From a virus: a stretch of 64,000 nucleotides of DNA. The translations under genes and the position numbers were made by a program. Numbering within the stretch: the stretch's first letter is position 1; each line of letters begins with the position of its first letter. Below, in pieces: positions 53,770 through 62,573 of this stretch. A model generated the notes under the pieces. It had not been told where the DNA came from. It searched no databases and was given only the letters and a program-made list of their open reading frames with translations. Location: positions 1 through 64,000 of IMG/VR virus record IMGVR_UViG_3300017991_000083, one strand, 5' to 3'.

Positions 53770-56081
53770 TAGAGCTCCCTGACGTCTGCAACCCCGTAGT
53801 ACATGTGCGTTATCATCCGAGGCGGCAGATCCCCACGGAACGGTTCCGCAGTCCCGCCGCCGGTTGTGGGCTGAGTCTCTTCGCCAGGCTGCCAGTTGGA
53901 GTAGCGGTCCTCAACATTCCGCTCGATGCCGCGGCCGGCATAGTAGCCGAGCTTAGCCCGGATCTTCGAGGTCGGCTGCACGTAGCCGAAGTGGTAGACC
54001 AGTTTGTCTGCCACTACCGCCTCTTTGTAGCCCGTCTCTGAGCGGACCGGGCGGCCCTCGCTGTCGACGAACGTATTGAACGACTTCTCGTGATGGAAGC
54101 CCTGACTCCAGCGCCACATTCTCGGGATCTTCGACTCCCACTGAGGGCAGCCGACAGCGACCGTTGTGAAGTTCGTCCAGAAGTGATGGAAGCCCACGCG
54201 GACGATTGCCAGCTCACGGTCGTCTACGAACATCTTCATGAGGCGAGCGACGTCTTTCGGCTCCCATATCTCGTCGCTATCGACCTTCATGTAGATGTCG
54301 CCCGTCACACGCTTGGCGATCGCGTTCTGCATCTCAACCTTGTCCTTCCACCGATGATCCTTGGGCGGGGGGACGAGAGTGATCTTCTCATCCGGGTCGG
54401 GATAGGCCGCGATCTTCTGGAGTGTCGCATCGGTGCTGGAGCCGCGCTCGTCGGCGTGTTGCCACATCCCTTCGACTGCCCCCTCGACGATGATGATCTC
54501 GTGGGCGAGATCGTAGATGCCGTCGAGCGCCTCCGTGATGTAGGAGTCGCCGTTGAAGACTATCATGCCGACGGAGAGCTTCGGGCCGTAGCCCCCTACC
54601 CGGAAGATGTCGAGGGACTTCTTGGTGCTCGCCTCGATGGTACACCAGTCCAGAATCCGGTCCCGGCCTCGGGCCACAGTCGCTGAGACTTCGGCGCGGT
54701 TTTCTGGCTCGAGCACCCAGGACACCTTTTCCGCGAAGTCGCCAGGGTCGCCCAGGCGTGCGTAGAAGACGCCGTCCCCGTAGGAACCACGGAGCACCGG
54801 GAGATCGTAAGCGACAACGGGCGTGTTCATGTAGAGCGCCTCTTCGGGGGGCATTCCGAACCCCTCGAACATGCTCGGGAACAGCAGTACGTCGGCTTTC
54901 TTGATGGCCTCGAACTTGGAGCGGTCGTCGACAATGCCCTGAACGTCGACGTAGAGATGGTTCTCAGCCCACTCGGGCCTCTTGGCGTCGAGCCTCTTCT
55001 GCTCGTTCGGGCCGACCTTACCCATCACCGTCACATGTGCCGAGCACTGCAGGGTCTCCGCAAGCGCATCGAACACCGCGATCGGGTTCTTGAAGTCGAC
55101 CATCCTGGCACAGAACACGAGCTCGGCCCCGTACTCGGGCTCCTGCTCCCGCTCACGCGCCTCCGCCCTCGAGAGCTCGTCGTCTATCTCGTCCACATCA
55201 TCGAAGATGGGATCGGCGATGCCCGCCAGAGTGGCGTCGGCCACAAGCTGGTTGATCGGCGGCTCGAGCACGAACCAGGGACCCTCGAAATCCGGAAGCC
55301 ACTGTTGGGCCCATCTCGAGCTTACCGCGGACGGACTCACGATCCCGTCGCAGGTGAGCAGGCACTTCTTGTAGTTCGCCCAGTACTCCTCTGTCGCATC
55401 TCTGCCAGACGGATAGGTCATCCCCTTGAAGTTCGGGCTCTCGAAGAGGATCAGGTAACAGGGAATGCCGAAACGCTCGGCGTAGGACTTGGCGAACTGG
55501 CCTCCGATGTTCGGCACACCAATGACGAAGTCGAACTCGTTCTCGGAGATGTCCATCCCCCATCGGGTGTCGACGATGCGCTCGAACCGCTCGAGGTTGT
55601 AGCCAAGGAAGTCCTTCTCGAACGGCGCCGGCGTGTTCGTGATGACCTTGACGTCCATGACCTGGGACAGGATGACGCCAAGCAGATACATTGAGTAGCG
55701 TCCGCCCGTGTAGTGCGGCATCTGCTCCATGAAGATAGCGCAGCTCCGCGGGGCCTTGCTCGGGCCGTAGGTCAGATACTGGCGTTCTGATGGGAGAGGG
55801 ATGAAGAGCGGGCTGGTCGCAAGCGCGACGAGCTGCCCGAGCTTGTGCGAGTCAGCGTTCTCGATGAACTTCTTGGGGATGGTTAGCTGATAGGCAGTAG
55901 GCAGTTCTTCAATGGAGATGTCCGGCACATCCTCATCGGCAGCGATGACGGGGCCGGACTCTACTGGCGTAGGGGCGGTTTCGCCCACAAAGGCCTTGCG
56001 ACTCTCCAGCGGTGCGCCCCCGCCTTCGACGAAGTTCTTTGTGGGCTCGTCCCGCTCGAGGGACCGTTTCGTATCTCCCAT
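53769..56081 (-). CDS. Bifunctional GT4 + GT2 glycosyltransferase
   Basis: GT4 FPSMFEGFGMPPEEA; GT2 LSVGMIVFNG..IIIVEG..S.D.T..KVDSDE..HFGY. Confidence 0.9.
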   Translation of the reverse strand: MGDTKRSLERDEPTKNFVEGGGAPLESRKAFVGETAPTPVESGPVIAADEDVPDISIEELPTAYQLTIPKKFIENADSHKLGQLVALATSPLFIPLPSERQYLTYGPSKAPRSCAIFMEQMPHYTGGRYSMYLLGVILSQVMDVKVITNTPAPFEKDFLGYNLERFERIVDTRWGMDISENEFDFVIGVPNIGGQFAKSYAERFGIPCYLILFESPNFKGMTYPSGRDATEEYWANYKKCLLTCDGIVSPSAVSSRWAQQWLPDFEGPWFVLEPPINQLVADATLAGIADPIFDDVDEIDDELSRAEAREREQEPEYGAELVFCARMVDFKNPIAVFDALAETLQCSAHVTVMGKVGPNEQKRLDAKRPEWAENHLYVDVQGIVDDRSKFEAIKKADVLLFPSMFEGFGMPPEEALYMNTPVVAYDLPVLRGSYGDGVFYARLGDPGDFAEKVSWVLEPENRAEVSATVARGRDRILDWCTIEASTKKSLDIFRVGGYGPKLSVGMIVFNGDSYITEALDGIYDLAHEIIIVEGAVEGMWQHADERGSSTDATLQKIAAYPDPDEKITLVPPPKDHRWKDKVEMQNAIAKRVTGDIYMKVDSDEIWEPKDVARLMKMFVDDRELAIVRVGFHHFWTNFTTVAVGCPQWESKIPRMWRWSQGFHHEKSFNTFVDSEGRPVRSETGYKEAVVADKLVYHFGYVQPTSKIRAKLGYYAGRGIERNVEDRYSNWQPGEETQPTTGGGTAEPFRGDLPPRMITHMYYGVADVREL

Positions 56082-56128
56082 TCCTCCATCGCTTGACCAC
56101 GACGAGCTGCCTGACGGGGCGCTCTAGG

Positions 56129-56497
56129 CTAGAAGACTCCCATGATACCGACGTTGACTGTCGTTGCCGTCGACGCTATCCGGCGGACATAGAAATGGTC
56201 CTCGGGCTCGTCCAGGACGATGTCGAGCGGGGCCGCGACCCCGACCATAACACGCCCGTTCTCGTGCGCTGTGTGATCGGTGCCCCACGAGAACCACACC
56301 GACCAGGCGGTCGAGACCGATCCGTCGACCACAACCCGTATCCTGCGACACGGCTTCGAGAGAACGATCTCAGAGGTCGCGTCGTGAACCACTGCCAGAG
56401 CCTCGCCGCAGCAGACCTTGTTCTGTGGAATGACGATCGCGGCCTTGAGGATACTGTCGCCGTCCTCGAGTTCGTGCTTCCTGACTCCCGGGGGCAT
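56129..56497 (-). CDS. Beta-rich hypothetical protein (possible capsid decoration)
   Basis: 122 aa with GGAGGAGGG SD; downstream of the capsid gene. Confidence 0.55.
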   Translation of the reverse strand: MPPGVRKHELEDGDSILKAAIVIPQNKVCCGEALAVVHDATSEIVLSKPCRRIRVVVDGSVSTAWSVWFSWGTDHTAHENGRVMVGVAAPLDIVLDEPEDHFYVRRIASTATTVNVGIMGVF

Positions 56498-56501
56498 AGT
56501 C

Positions 56502-56798
56502 CTACCCTCCTCCAGATGACATCGCCCGTGCAACGGCTCCCAGGGCGGCCGTTATCTTGTCGAGATTCGCCAGAACGGCAACGATCAGGCCAGTGGACCC
56601 GCCCGATATCGCAGCCCGTCTACTCAGCTCTCCCTTGATGCGCTCGTCAGCCAGGCGGAGATCGATGACCTCCCTCTTGAGCTGCTTGCGCTCCTCTTCG
56701 GCCCGTTCCAGGGCGTTGAGCAGCAGTCGACGGTACTCTGCGAACTCACCGTTGCCGTGCCCGTTCCCGCCTCCGTTGCCGTTGCTAACAGGGACCAT
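56502..56798 (-). CDS. Coiled-coil protein with C-terminal hydrophobic helix (holin-like candidate)
   Basis: LERAEEERKQLKREV coil, then AISGGSTGLIVAVLA. Confidence 0.5.
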   Translation of the reverse strand: MVPVSNGNGGGNGHGNGEFAEYRRLLLNALERAEEERKQLKREVIDLRLADERIKGELSRRAAISGGSTGLIVAVLANLDKITAALGAVARAMSSGGG

Positions 56799-57246
56799 CG
56801 GGCCAGCCCTCCAGCTCCCCAGGGTCTGTGGTGTAGATGATGCCAATCATCCAAGTCTCGCAGTCGGCTATGAAGGTATGGACCTGACCCGGTTCCAGAA
56901 TGGCCTCATCTCCAGGAAGGAGCTCGAAGGACCTGTTGTCTATCGTCAGAGTGCCGCCACCATCCAGGATGATGAGCCACTCCTTGCCTACATGTGCATG
57001 GTCCGGGAACGATGCCCCGGCCGCGAAGTACGCCTTCTGCCCGGCGCTCACGCGATTCTTCCACAGCCCGAACCCGAATACGGTTCCGCATCCGGGCTGA
57101 GATAGATCTACAAATGATACACCCTTCGGCGCGAGTTCGAGCTCGCTCAGGCGAGGCGTCAGAGCGCGGAGTTTGTCCAGCGGGGTAGACTCCAGGCTCT
57201 GCTCTTGGTCGTGCTGTTCAAGTGCTGGTGCTGAATGCTCAGGCAT
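56785..57246 (-). CDS. Cupin-domain protein
   Basis: FPDHAH..KEW.IILDG...L.PGD....PGQVH. Confidence 0.88.
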   Translation of the reverse strand: MPEHSAPALEQHDQEQSLESTPLDKLRALTPRLSELELAPKGVSFVDLSQPGCGTVFGFGLWKNRVSAGQKAYFAAGASFPDHAHVGKEWLIILDGGGTLTIDNRSFELLPGDEAILEPGQVHTFIADCETWMIGIIYTTDPGELEGWPDGPC

Positions 57247-57264
57247 GAAGCCCCCAGGTTCGTG

Positions 57265-57299
57265 GCGCCCGCCGCGATGTGTCGGACCGCGGCGGGCGC
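57265..57299 (-). terminator. 12-bp-stem hairpin after the capsid gene (attenuator or mRNA stabiliser; no U-tract)
   Basis: GCGCCCGCCGCG-N11-CGCGGCGGGCGC. Confidence 0.55.
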
Positions 57300-57322
57300 A
57301 CACGCTATCTACTCGAGACGGC

Positions 57323-58309
57323 CTAGCTCGTGGAGCTCGGGTGCTCGAGGTTGTAGATCTGGCACAGCGCCGCGTGATGCTCGACGTTGAAGTCCATCCT
57401 CACGCTGATGACCGACCTGCGAGCGTCGTAGTGGATGACCTCCTCCGACTTGAACTTGATGAGCCGCCTGTCACCGATGACAGGGTTCTGCACATGCGTC
57501 ATCACGCCGCCGCCGTCAGGAAGGTAGTTGCTCGCGAAGACGGTGATCTTCCCGTAGAGCTTCCCGAACTCGCCGGAGTGGATGGTCGCGTTCGGACCGT
57601 ACTTGTCGACGGTCACGAGCTTCGCATCGTCCAGGAGCTGGTTCACGCTCCACGGATTGAGGAAGACGACCAGGTCCTGCATCTTGCGCCCGTACTTGCC
57701 GAGGTTGAACATCGCCTCGCGCAGGAACGCTGTACTCATCGCAGCGCCATTCGCGTTGACTCTCGGAGCCGAAGACGCGACGCGGCCGGCGCGAGTGTAG
57801 AGCCCGTCCCAGGTCGTCCTGTGGTCCTTCGTGAACCAGTTGGCGTCCGTCGCGAGCGCCTCGGTGGCGGCCGTAGCCGTGTGGGTGGTATCACCCACGA
57901 GCATGGCCTCCTCCTCAGCCTCCGCGATAGCAGCGCCGAACTGGTCACGGACGATTGCCTGGAAGTCCGTGTTGGCGTCCTCGTAGAGCTCTTCACTGAC
58001 CATCATCTGCGACATGAGCTTCTTCGCCGTCAGGCGAATCGTGCCCGTAGTGAAGCTGGTCTCGGTCGCCTCGGCAGCCTGGGTCGACTGATGGTAGACC
58101 TTGGCCGCACTCAGAACCTTCGGGAAGTCGAGCGTCATGCTCGTCATCGTGACGGTCCTGAAGATCTGACGGCAGACGTTCCTCTCCCTCACGAAGTCGA
58201 TAAACTCATCGGCCAGTGGGGTCGGAAGGAAGTCGCCGCCGGTGCCGGCCGTAGTGTTCATCGCCTTTCGCAGGGCATCGCCGAGCGTACCGATTTTCCT
58301 CTTAGCCAC
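57323..58309 (-). CDS. Major capsid protein, HK97 fold
   Basis: GGDFLPT....FID.V, L.AKKL.....SEELYED, E....LVGD; GGAGGTGA SD. Confidence 0.93.
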   Translation of the reverse strand: MAKRKIGTLGDALRKAMNTTAGTGGDFLPTPLADEFIDFVRERNVCRQIFRTVTMTSMTLDFPKVLSAAKVYHQSTQAAEATETSFTTGTIRLTAKKLMSQMMVSEELYEDANTDFQAIVRDQFGAAIAEAEEEAMLVGDTTHTATAATEALATDANWFTKDHRTTWDGLYTRAGRVASSAPRVNANGAAMSTAFLREAMFNLGKYGRKMQDLVVFLNPWSVNQLLDDAKLVTVDKYGPNATIHSGEFGKLYGKITVFASNYLPDGGGVMTHVQNPVIGDRRLIKFKSEEVIHYDARRSVISVRMDFNVEHHAALCQIYNLEHPSSTS

Positions 58310-58378
58310 GTTAGTTTCACCTCCTCTCGTATAGAATCTATGCAGCGGCGTTTCCGCCCCGCGAAGTGTACCTATGTG

Positions 58379-59122
58379 CTACGACCGCGAATGCAGGTGC
58401 ATCCAGCGGCTGAGCAGTGCCTTCCGAACGTCCTTGTCCAGAGACTTGAAGACGTCCGCGTCGTCCTCGCCGATGTCCATCAGGGTCTCGTCCGGGACGT
58501 CCTCGGCCTTCTTCACCTTGCTGAAGTCAAAGCCCTCGGAAGCGTCCACGTCGGCGCCCTTCTCAACCAGACGGCTACGCTTCCCGACCCTGACGATCTC
58601 CAGCTCGGACATGCGCTTGGCGACCCCGGCCTCCACGGCCTTGGCGATCCGCTTGTCCAGATCCTCGCCGAGCTTCTTGACGAGAGAAGTCGTAAGAGCC
58701 TCGACGTCGACGGACTTCTCAGCGGCATCGTCTTCCTCCTCCTCCTCCTCCTCCTCCTCTTCCTCTTCCTCGTCGTCATCGCCGCCCTCGTCCTCGTCGT
58801 CCTCGGGCTCTTCCTCCTCGTCGTCCTCGCCCTCTTCGTCCTCGGTCTCCTCGGCCTCTTCCTCCTCGTCGTCCTCAGACTCGTCGTCGCCCTCGTCGAC
58901 CTCTTCGGTCTCCTCGGCCTCCTCCTCGCCCTCGGTCTCCTCGGTCTCTTCGGTCTCCTCGGTTTCCTCGGCCTCGTCAAGGGCCTTGCCGAACGCCTCG
59001 GCGAGCGCGTCCTCTACCGCGCCCTCGAGATCAGGCATGATCTCCGCCTTCGCAAGCTGGACGATCTCGCCCAGGTTGATGAGATCGATACCGCCGGCCT
59101 CGTCCTTGCTCTTCTTCGCCAA
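58379..59122 (-). CDS. Scaffolding protein with long poly-E/D tract
   Basis: Lies between protease and capsid genes; low-complexity acidic core. Confidence 0.75.
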   Translation of the reverse strand: MAKKSKDEAGGIDLINLGEIVQLAKAEIMPDLEGAVEDALAEAFGKALDEAEETEETEETEETEGEEEAEETEEVDEGDDESEDDEEEEAEETEDEEGEDDEEEEPEDDEDEGGDDDEEEEEEEEEEEEEDDAAEKSVDVEALTTSLVKKLGEDLDKRIAKAVEAGVAKRMSELEIVRVGKRSRLVEKGADVDASEGFDFSKVKKAEDVPDETLMDIGEDDADVFKSLDKDVRKALLSRWMHLHSRS

Positions 59123-59163
59123 TCAGTTCACCCCCTCTCACCGTAGTCTTTCGGGCAGCAGGT

Positions 59164-60981
59164 TCACTGCTGGTATGGCTCCTGGCCGAACAGGTCGCTC
59201 ACGACCTTCCCGATGAGCTCTGAGCCGATATGGCCCATGCTCGTACTGATCGCCTTCCGGAGAGCCACCTTCTGGTTGCCGTCCAGATTGCGTATGTCGA
59301 TGTCCTTCGCGAGCCTCACGATCGCACTGCGAAGCTCATCGAGAACGTCCGTGTCCTTCAGGACGTACTCGACACTGCACTTCACACAGAGCTCTATGCC
59401 CTCGCGTGCCACGCTCTTCTCGAGGCCGAGAGCCTTCCTGTGCCTCTGGACGTGCTGGATCGCAGCCTGCGGGCCGCGCTGACCAGACCTGGCGCCCATA
59501 AGGGCACTCCAGGCCGCGATGACGCCGCCACGATGGCACAGCATGTCGCCCGTCGTGTAGACGCCAAGGTCACTCAGCTTGCCGCCTCCCTTCACCCAAT
59601 GATGGGGGTACTTCCAGGTCGACTTCTTGTTCGCTTCCCCGGTGACGGCATGTGCGCCGCGGGGGAGCTTCGTCTTGTCGACGCTGCCCCACGAGGGCTC
59701 ATTGGAGTCGATCTTGCTGTTGTGAGTCAGAGCCTTGTCCATGCGCTCACCGTCGTCGCTCTTCGCCATCTCCGCCGACTCGTCACCGTCCGCGTCGTCC
59801 TCGTCCTCGACCTCGTCGTCAAGACCGCCTCGGAACGACTTGACGGCTCGGACCAGGGACAGGTCCTCGGCATCCGGATTCGAGGGCATCGATGTGATGG
59901 AGTACTCGGCGAGCTCGCCGTCCATGATCGTCGGGACCTCTCTGCCGTGTTCCTGGTAGAAGACGTCCTCGACCTTCGTCACCCATCCCGCCACGGAATA
60001 CCCAAGGGTCGTTCCGTGCTCGAGCTTCATGACGATGTCCGACACTACCCTGTTGCCACGTTCCTTGACGGGATCCCACTGCGGCTCGAGATGGGTCCAG
60101 GCCTTGAACGCCCGTCCATCCCTGATGAGCTCGGTCTCCGTGCAGACCCCGACTGTGTGCTGGATTCCGTACCTGTGCTCCTCGTAGACGTTCAGTCCCT
60201 TGGCCATCGCAGCCATCTTCTGAACGAACGCCGCGGCCATGATCTCCCCGTCACGGTCGAGCGAATCGCTGCTCGCGATGCCGCAGACGTAGAGCCCGTC
60301 CTTCCGCTTCTCGAGAATGCACTTGCTTCCGCCCTCGGCATTCTTGGCCATCTCGAACGGGACGAAGACCCGGAAGTAGCCGGGGCGCTTCCTGCGCCGC
60401 TTCTCTTCCTGTTCCCATTCCCGGTCGAGATCCTTGGGGCTCGAGCTCTTCATGATGACCCCCTTAGTGTCCAGGTCCAGGGGCTCGCCATCCGCGCACT
60501 GGTGCAGTGCCTTCGTGAGAGCCTCGCCCATCCGACGGCGCCGGCCGTGCCGGCGGCTCTTCTTGTAGTGCCATTCGCCGTCGTAGTAGCTGTAGAGCTT
60601 CTTGACCGCGTCCCACGCCTCGTTGCAGCGCCGTTCGCGGGATGATGCCGTGCTCCGGTTGTAGACGTCAGCCCACAGCTTCATGCCGAAGATGGGGAGC
60701 TCCTGCACGTCGTCGGGGAGCTCGTCGGATCGTTGGTAGGTGTCCTGCAGAGGGACTCGGGTCTTCTTCGCGTGCCAGCGACCGTCCTCGAGATAGAACC
60801 GGCGCCGGACGGCACGCCAGCCGGCGTCGTCACACAGCTTCGCCTGATCCGCGCCATTCTTGAACGGCCGATTCGATCGGGCGTTGTATCCGAAGACGTA
60901 GGCTTTCTGAACGCCTGGCCCATGCGTTTTGACCGCATCGGGCACGTCACCAGGGAAGCTGAGCTTCGCTATCTTGGACAT
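59164..60981 (-). CDS. Prohead protease fused to two ChaB-like domains and a C-terminal domain
   Basis: ELPDDVQEL..GMKLWADVYN...AW.AVKK.Y...DG.W (ChaB-like, twice); GIASSDSLDRDGE, EEH, YSVAG, EYSITSMPSNPDA (HK97-type protease); ATG at 60981. Confidence 0.85.
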   Translation of the reverse strand: MSKIAKLSFPGDVPDAVKTHGPGVQKAYVFGYNARSNRPFKNGADQAKLCDDAGWRAVRRRFYLEDGRWHAKKTRVPLQDTYQRSDELPDDVQELPIFGMKLWADVYNRSTASSRERRCNEAWDAVKKLYSYYDGEWHYKKSRRHGRRRRMGEALTKALHQCADGEPLDLDTKGVIMKSSSPKDLDREWEQEEKRRRKRPGYFRVFVPFEMAKNAEGGSKCILEKRKDGLYVCGIASSDSLDRDGEIMAAAFVQKMAAMAKGLNVYEEHRYGIQHTVGVCTETELIRDGRAFKAWTHLEPQWDPVKERGNRVVSDIVMKLEHGTTLGYSVAGWVTKVEDVFYQEHGREVPTIMDGELAEYSITSMPSNPDAEDLSLVRAVKSFRGGLDDEVEDEDDADGDESAEMAKSDDGERMDKALTHNSKIDSNEPSWGSVDKTKLPRGAHAVTGEANKKSTWKYPHHWVKGGGKLSDLGVYTTGDMLCHRGGVIAAWSALMGARSGQRGPQAAIQHVQRHRKALGLEKSVAREGIELCVKCSVEYVLKDTDVLDELRSAIVRLAKDIDIRNLDGNQKVALRKAISTSMGHIGSELIGKVVSDLFGQEPYQQ

Positions 60982-60999
60982 CCGAACCCTCTCTCTTGG

Positions 61000-61066
61000 C
61001 TGTTCAACATCTGAACACCTACTCTGCATAAGGGCTTCGTCAACTGTAAGCAAGACTGAAAGTGCT
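61000..61066 (-). promoter_or_regulatory. Late control region: 23-bp motif AGCACTTTCAGTCTTGCTTACAG plus palindrome CTGTTCA-ACATC-TGAACAC
   Basis: Matches 48924-48960 and 3221-3239. Confidence 0.65.
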
Positions 61067-62570
61067 ACGCCGGGCGTCTGAGACCGGCGATCTTATACTC
61101 TCCGCCCCTCAGTCGAGACACGACGATGTCGTTCTGGTGCGACTTCTGTGTCACGTCCTGGATGAACTCGAGTGTCATGCGCCGGCCCTCGTCGGTATCG
61201 GTGTGCTCGGCCTCCTGATGTACATAGGACTCCAGGTCTTCCCGCCCGACGATGGCGAGCATCCGGTTGAACACCTGATGCTGGAGCGTCCCGGTCTCGA
61301 AGGGGTTCTTCACGTCCTCGGGCGGCGCGGTCATCATGTAGTAGGCAACCGCGTTCCGCCAGGCGAGCTCGGTCATGGCCTCGAGCTGCTCCGGCGTTGA
61401 CTCCTCGAGTGCCGACGGGGGCAGGGCCTTCTCGACGTACGGTCGAGGATCGAGTCCAAGCAGCTCGATCAGCGGCAGCATCTCGGCGTGATCTGCCAGG
61501 GACCAGCCCGGGCCCAGGATCTGGTAGCTGAGCTCGAGCGCTTCCGGCCCTGCCTCTGGCACGGCGATCTCGAACATGAGCTCGGTCGGCTCCCCAATGA
61601 CGGGTCGCCAGGTGCAGCGGCACCGGCAGTGCAGGGGCAGCATCCCCGATGCGTCCTCGACGGAATAGACCTGATCGTGTTCCGCAAGGCAATCGGGGCA
61701 TGTGCGATGGTCGTCGGTCGCCGTGTACTGGACGTAGCCGACACCCGTCTGCCGGTAGCCCTCGAGCTTCCCCTCGTTGTACCAGCGCAGGACCTCGGTC
61801 CTGGCCGTGATAGTCGCCCAATTCGAGGCCTCCAGGTTGTACTCGTAGCCGCGGCGTAGAACCTCGTCAGTCACGGGGTCGATGAGCGGCTCTACCGCGA
61901 TCGGGATGGGCTTGTTCCAGACCGCCAGGATGCGATCGCGGATCACCGGGATGGACTCGCCCTGGCGCAGCCCCTCGACGAGTGCCGCCTTGATCTGGTC
62001 CGAGATGTGCAGTGCGATGTGCGCCGAGAGCTGCAGGATGTACTCTTCGGCTATCTGGACGGTCAGCGGATCGCGCATCTCGAACTCGATGGGGATCTCG
62101 AACTCGGCGAACGCGCTGTCGCCGCCGGCCTTCAGGGCCTCGAACAGGTTCGCGGCGAAGATGTTGCGGTAGGGCTCGTAGTCGACATAGCTGATGGTCC
62201 TGATGGCATCGGACGCGATGTCCTGCTTCTGGAGCCATCGGCGGACGGGTGCCGGCATGGGCCGGCGCTCGAAGACGGTCTCGATCTGGTAGGGATGCTT
62301 CCAGGGGAACTCTTTGACTCGCTTCTCGACCTTGCGGCCCTTGAGGTAGCTGAAGGCCTCTTTCCTGGCCTTTTCGGTCATGTGCTTATCGAACAGGGCC
62401 AGGCACCGATCGCGCTGAGTCTCGAGGACGCGCATGAGCGCGACCTCTATCCAGAGCTGCTGGAGCATCGTCCACTGGTAGAGGGGCGCATCGGGATCGA
62501 AGAACCGATCCCACACGTCGACCCGGCGCGAGCCGGTTATCTGTTCTGCGAGCTGTTCCTTCAGCGGCAT
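61065..62570 (-). CDS. MuF/SPP1 gp7-like head morphogenesis protein with C-terminal extension
   Basis: ARTE, D.RTCPDC, PLHCRCRCTW; roughly 180 extra C-terminal residues. Confidence 0.9.
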   Translation of the reverse strand: MPLKEQLAEQITGSRRVDVWDRFFDPDAPLYQWTMLQQLWIEVALMRVLETQRDRCLALFDKHMTEKARKEAFSYLKGRKVEKRVKEFPWKHPYQIETVFERRPMPAPVRRWLQKQDIASDAIRTISYVDYEPYRNIFAANLFEALKAGGDSAFAEFEIPIEFEMRDPLTVQIAEEYILQLSAHIALHISDQIKAALVEGLRQGESIPVIRDRILAVWNKPIPIAVEPLIDPVTDEVLRRGYEYNLEASNWATITARTEVLRWYNEGKLEGYRQTGVGYVQYTATDDHRTCPDCLAEHDQVYSVEDASGMLPLHCRCRCTWRPVIGEPTELMFEIAVPEAGPEALELSYQILGPGWSLADHAEMLPLIELLGLDPRPYVEKALPPSALEESTPEQLEAMTELAWRNAVAYYMMTAPPEDVKNPFETGTLQHQVFNRMLAIVGREDLESYVHQEAEHTDTDEGRRMTLEFIQDVTQKSHQNDIVVSRLRGGEYKIAGLRRPA

Positions 62571-62573
62571 CGT

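Noticed and set aside
48962-56081. DNA hypermodification or O-antigen conversion locus
   Set aside because: No hydroxymethylase, TET/JBP or thymidylate-synthase-like gene and no GtrA/B or membrane GT in the window, and the late structural context argues against it. Not fully excluded, because the rest of the genome is unseen.
57173-59146. Long plus-strand ORFs (this 657-aa one, also 36435..38111, 16957..18429, 46183..47625, 59230..60645, 28872..30281 and 1257..2579)
   Set aside because: Antisense shadows of real minus-strand genes, caused by high-GC codon bias; they contain no recognisable motifs.
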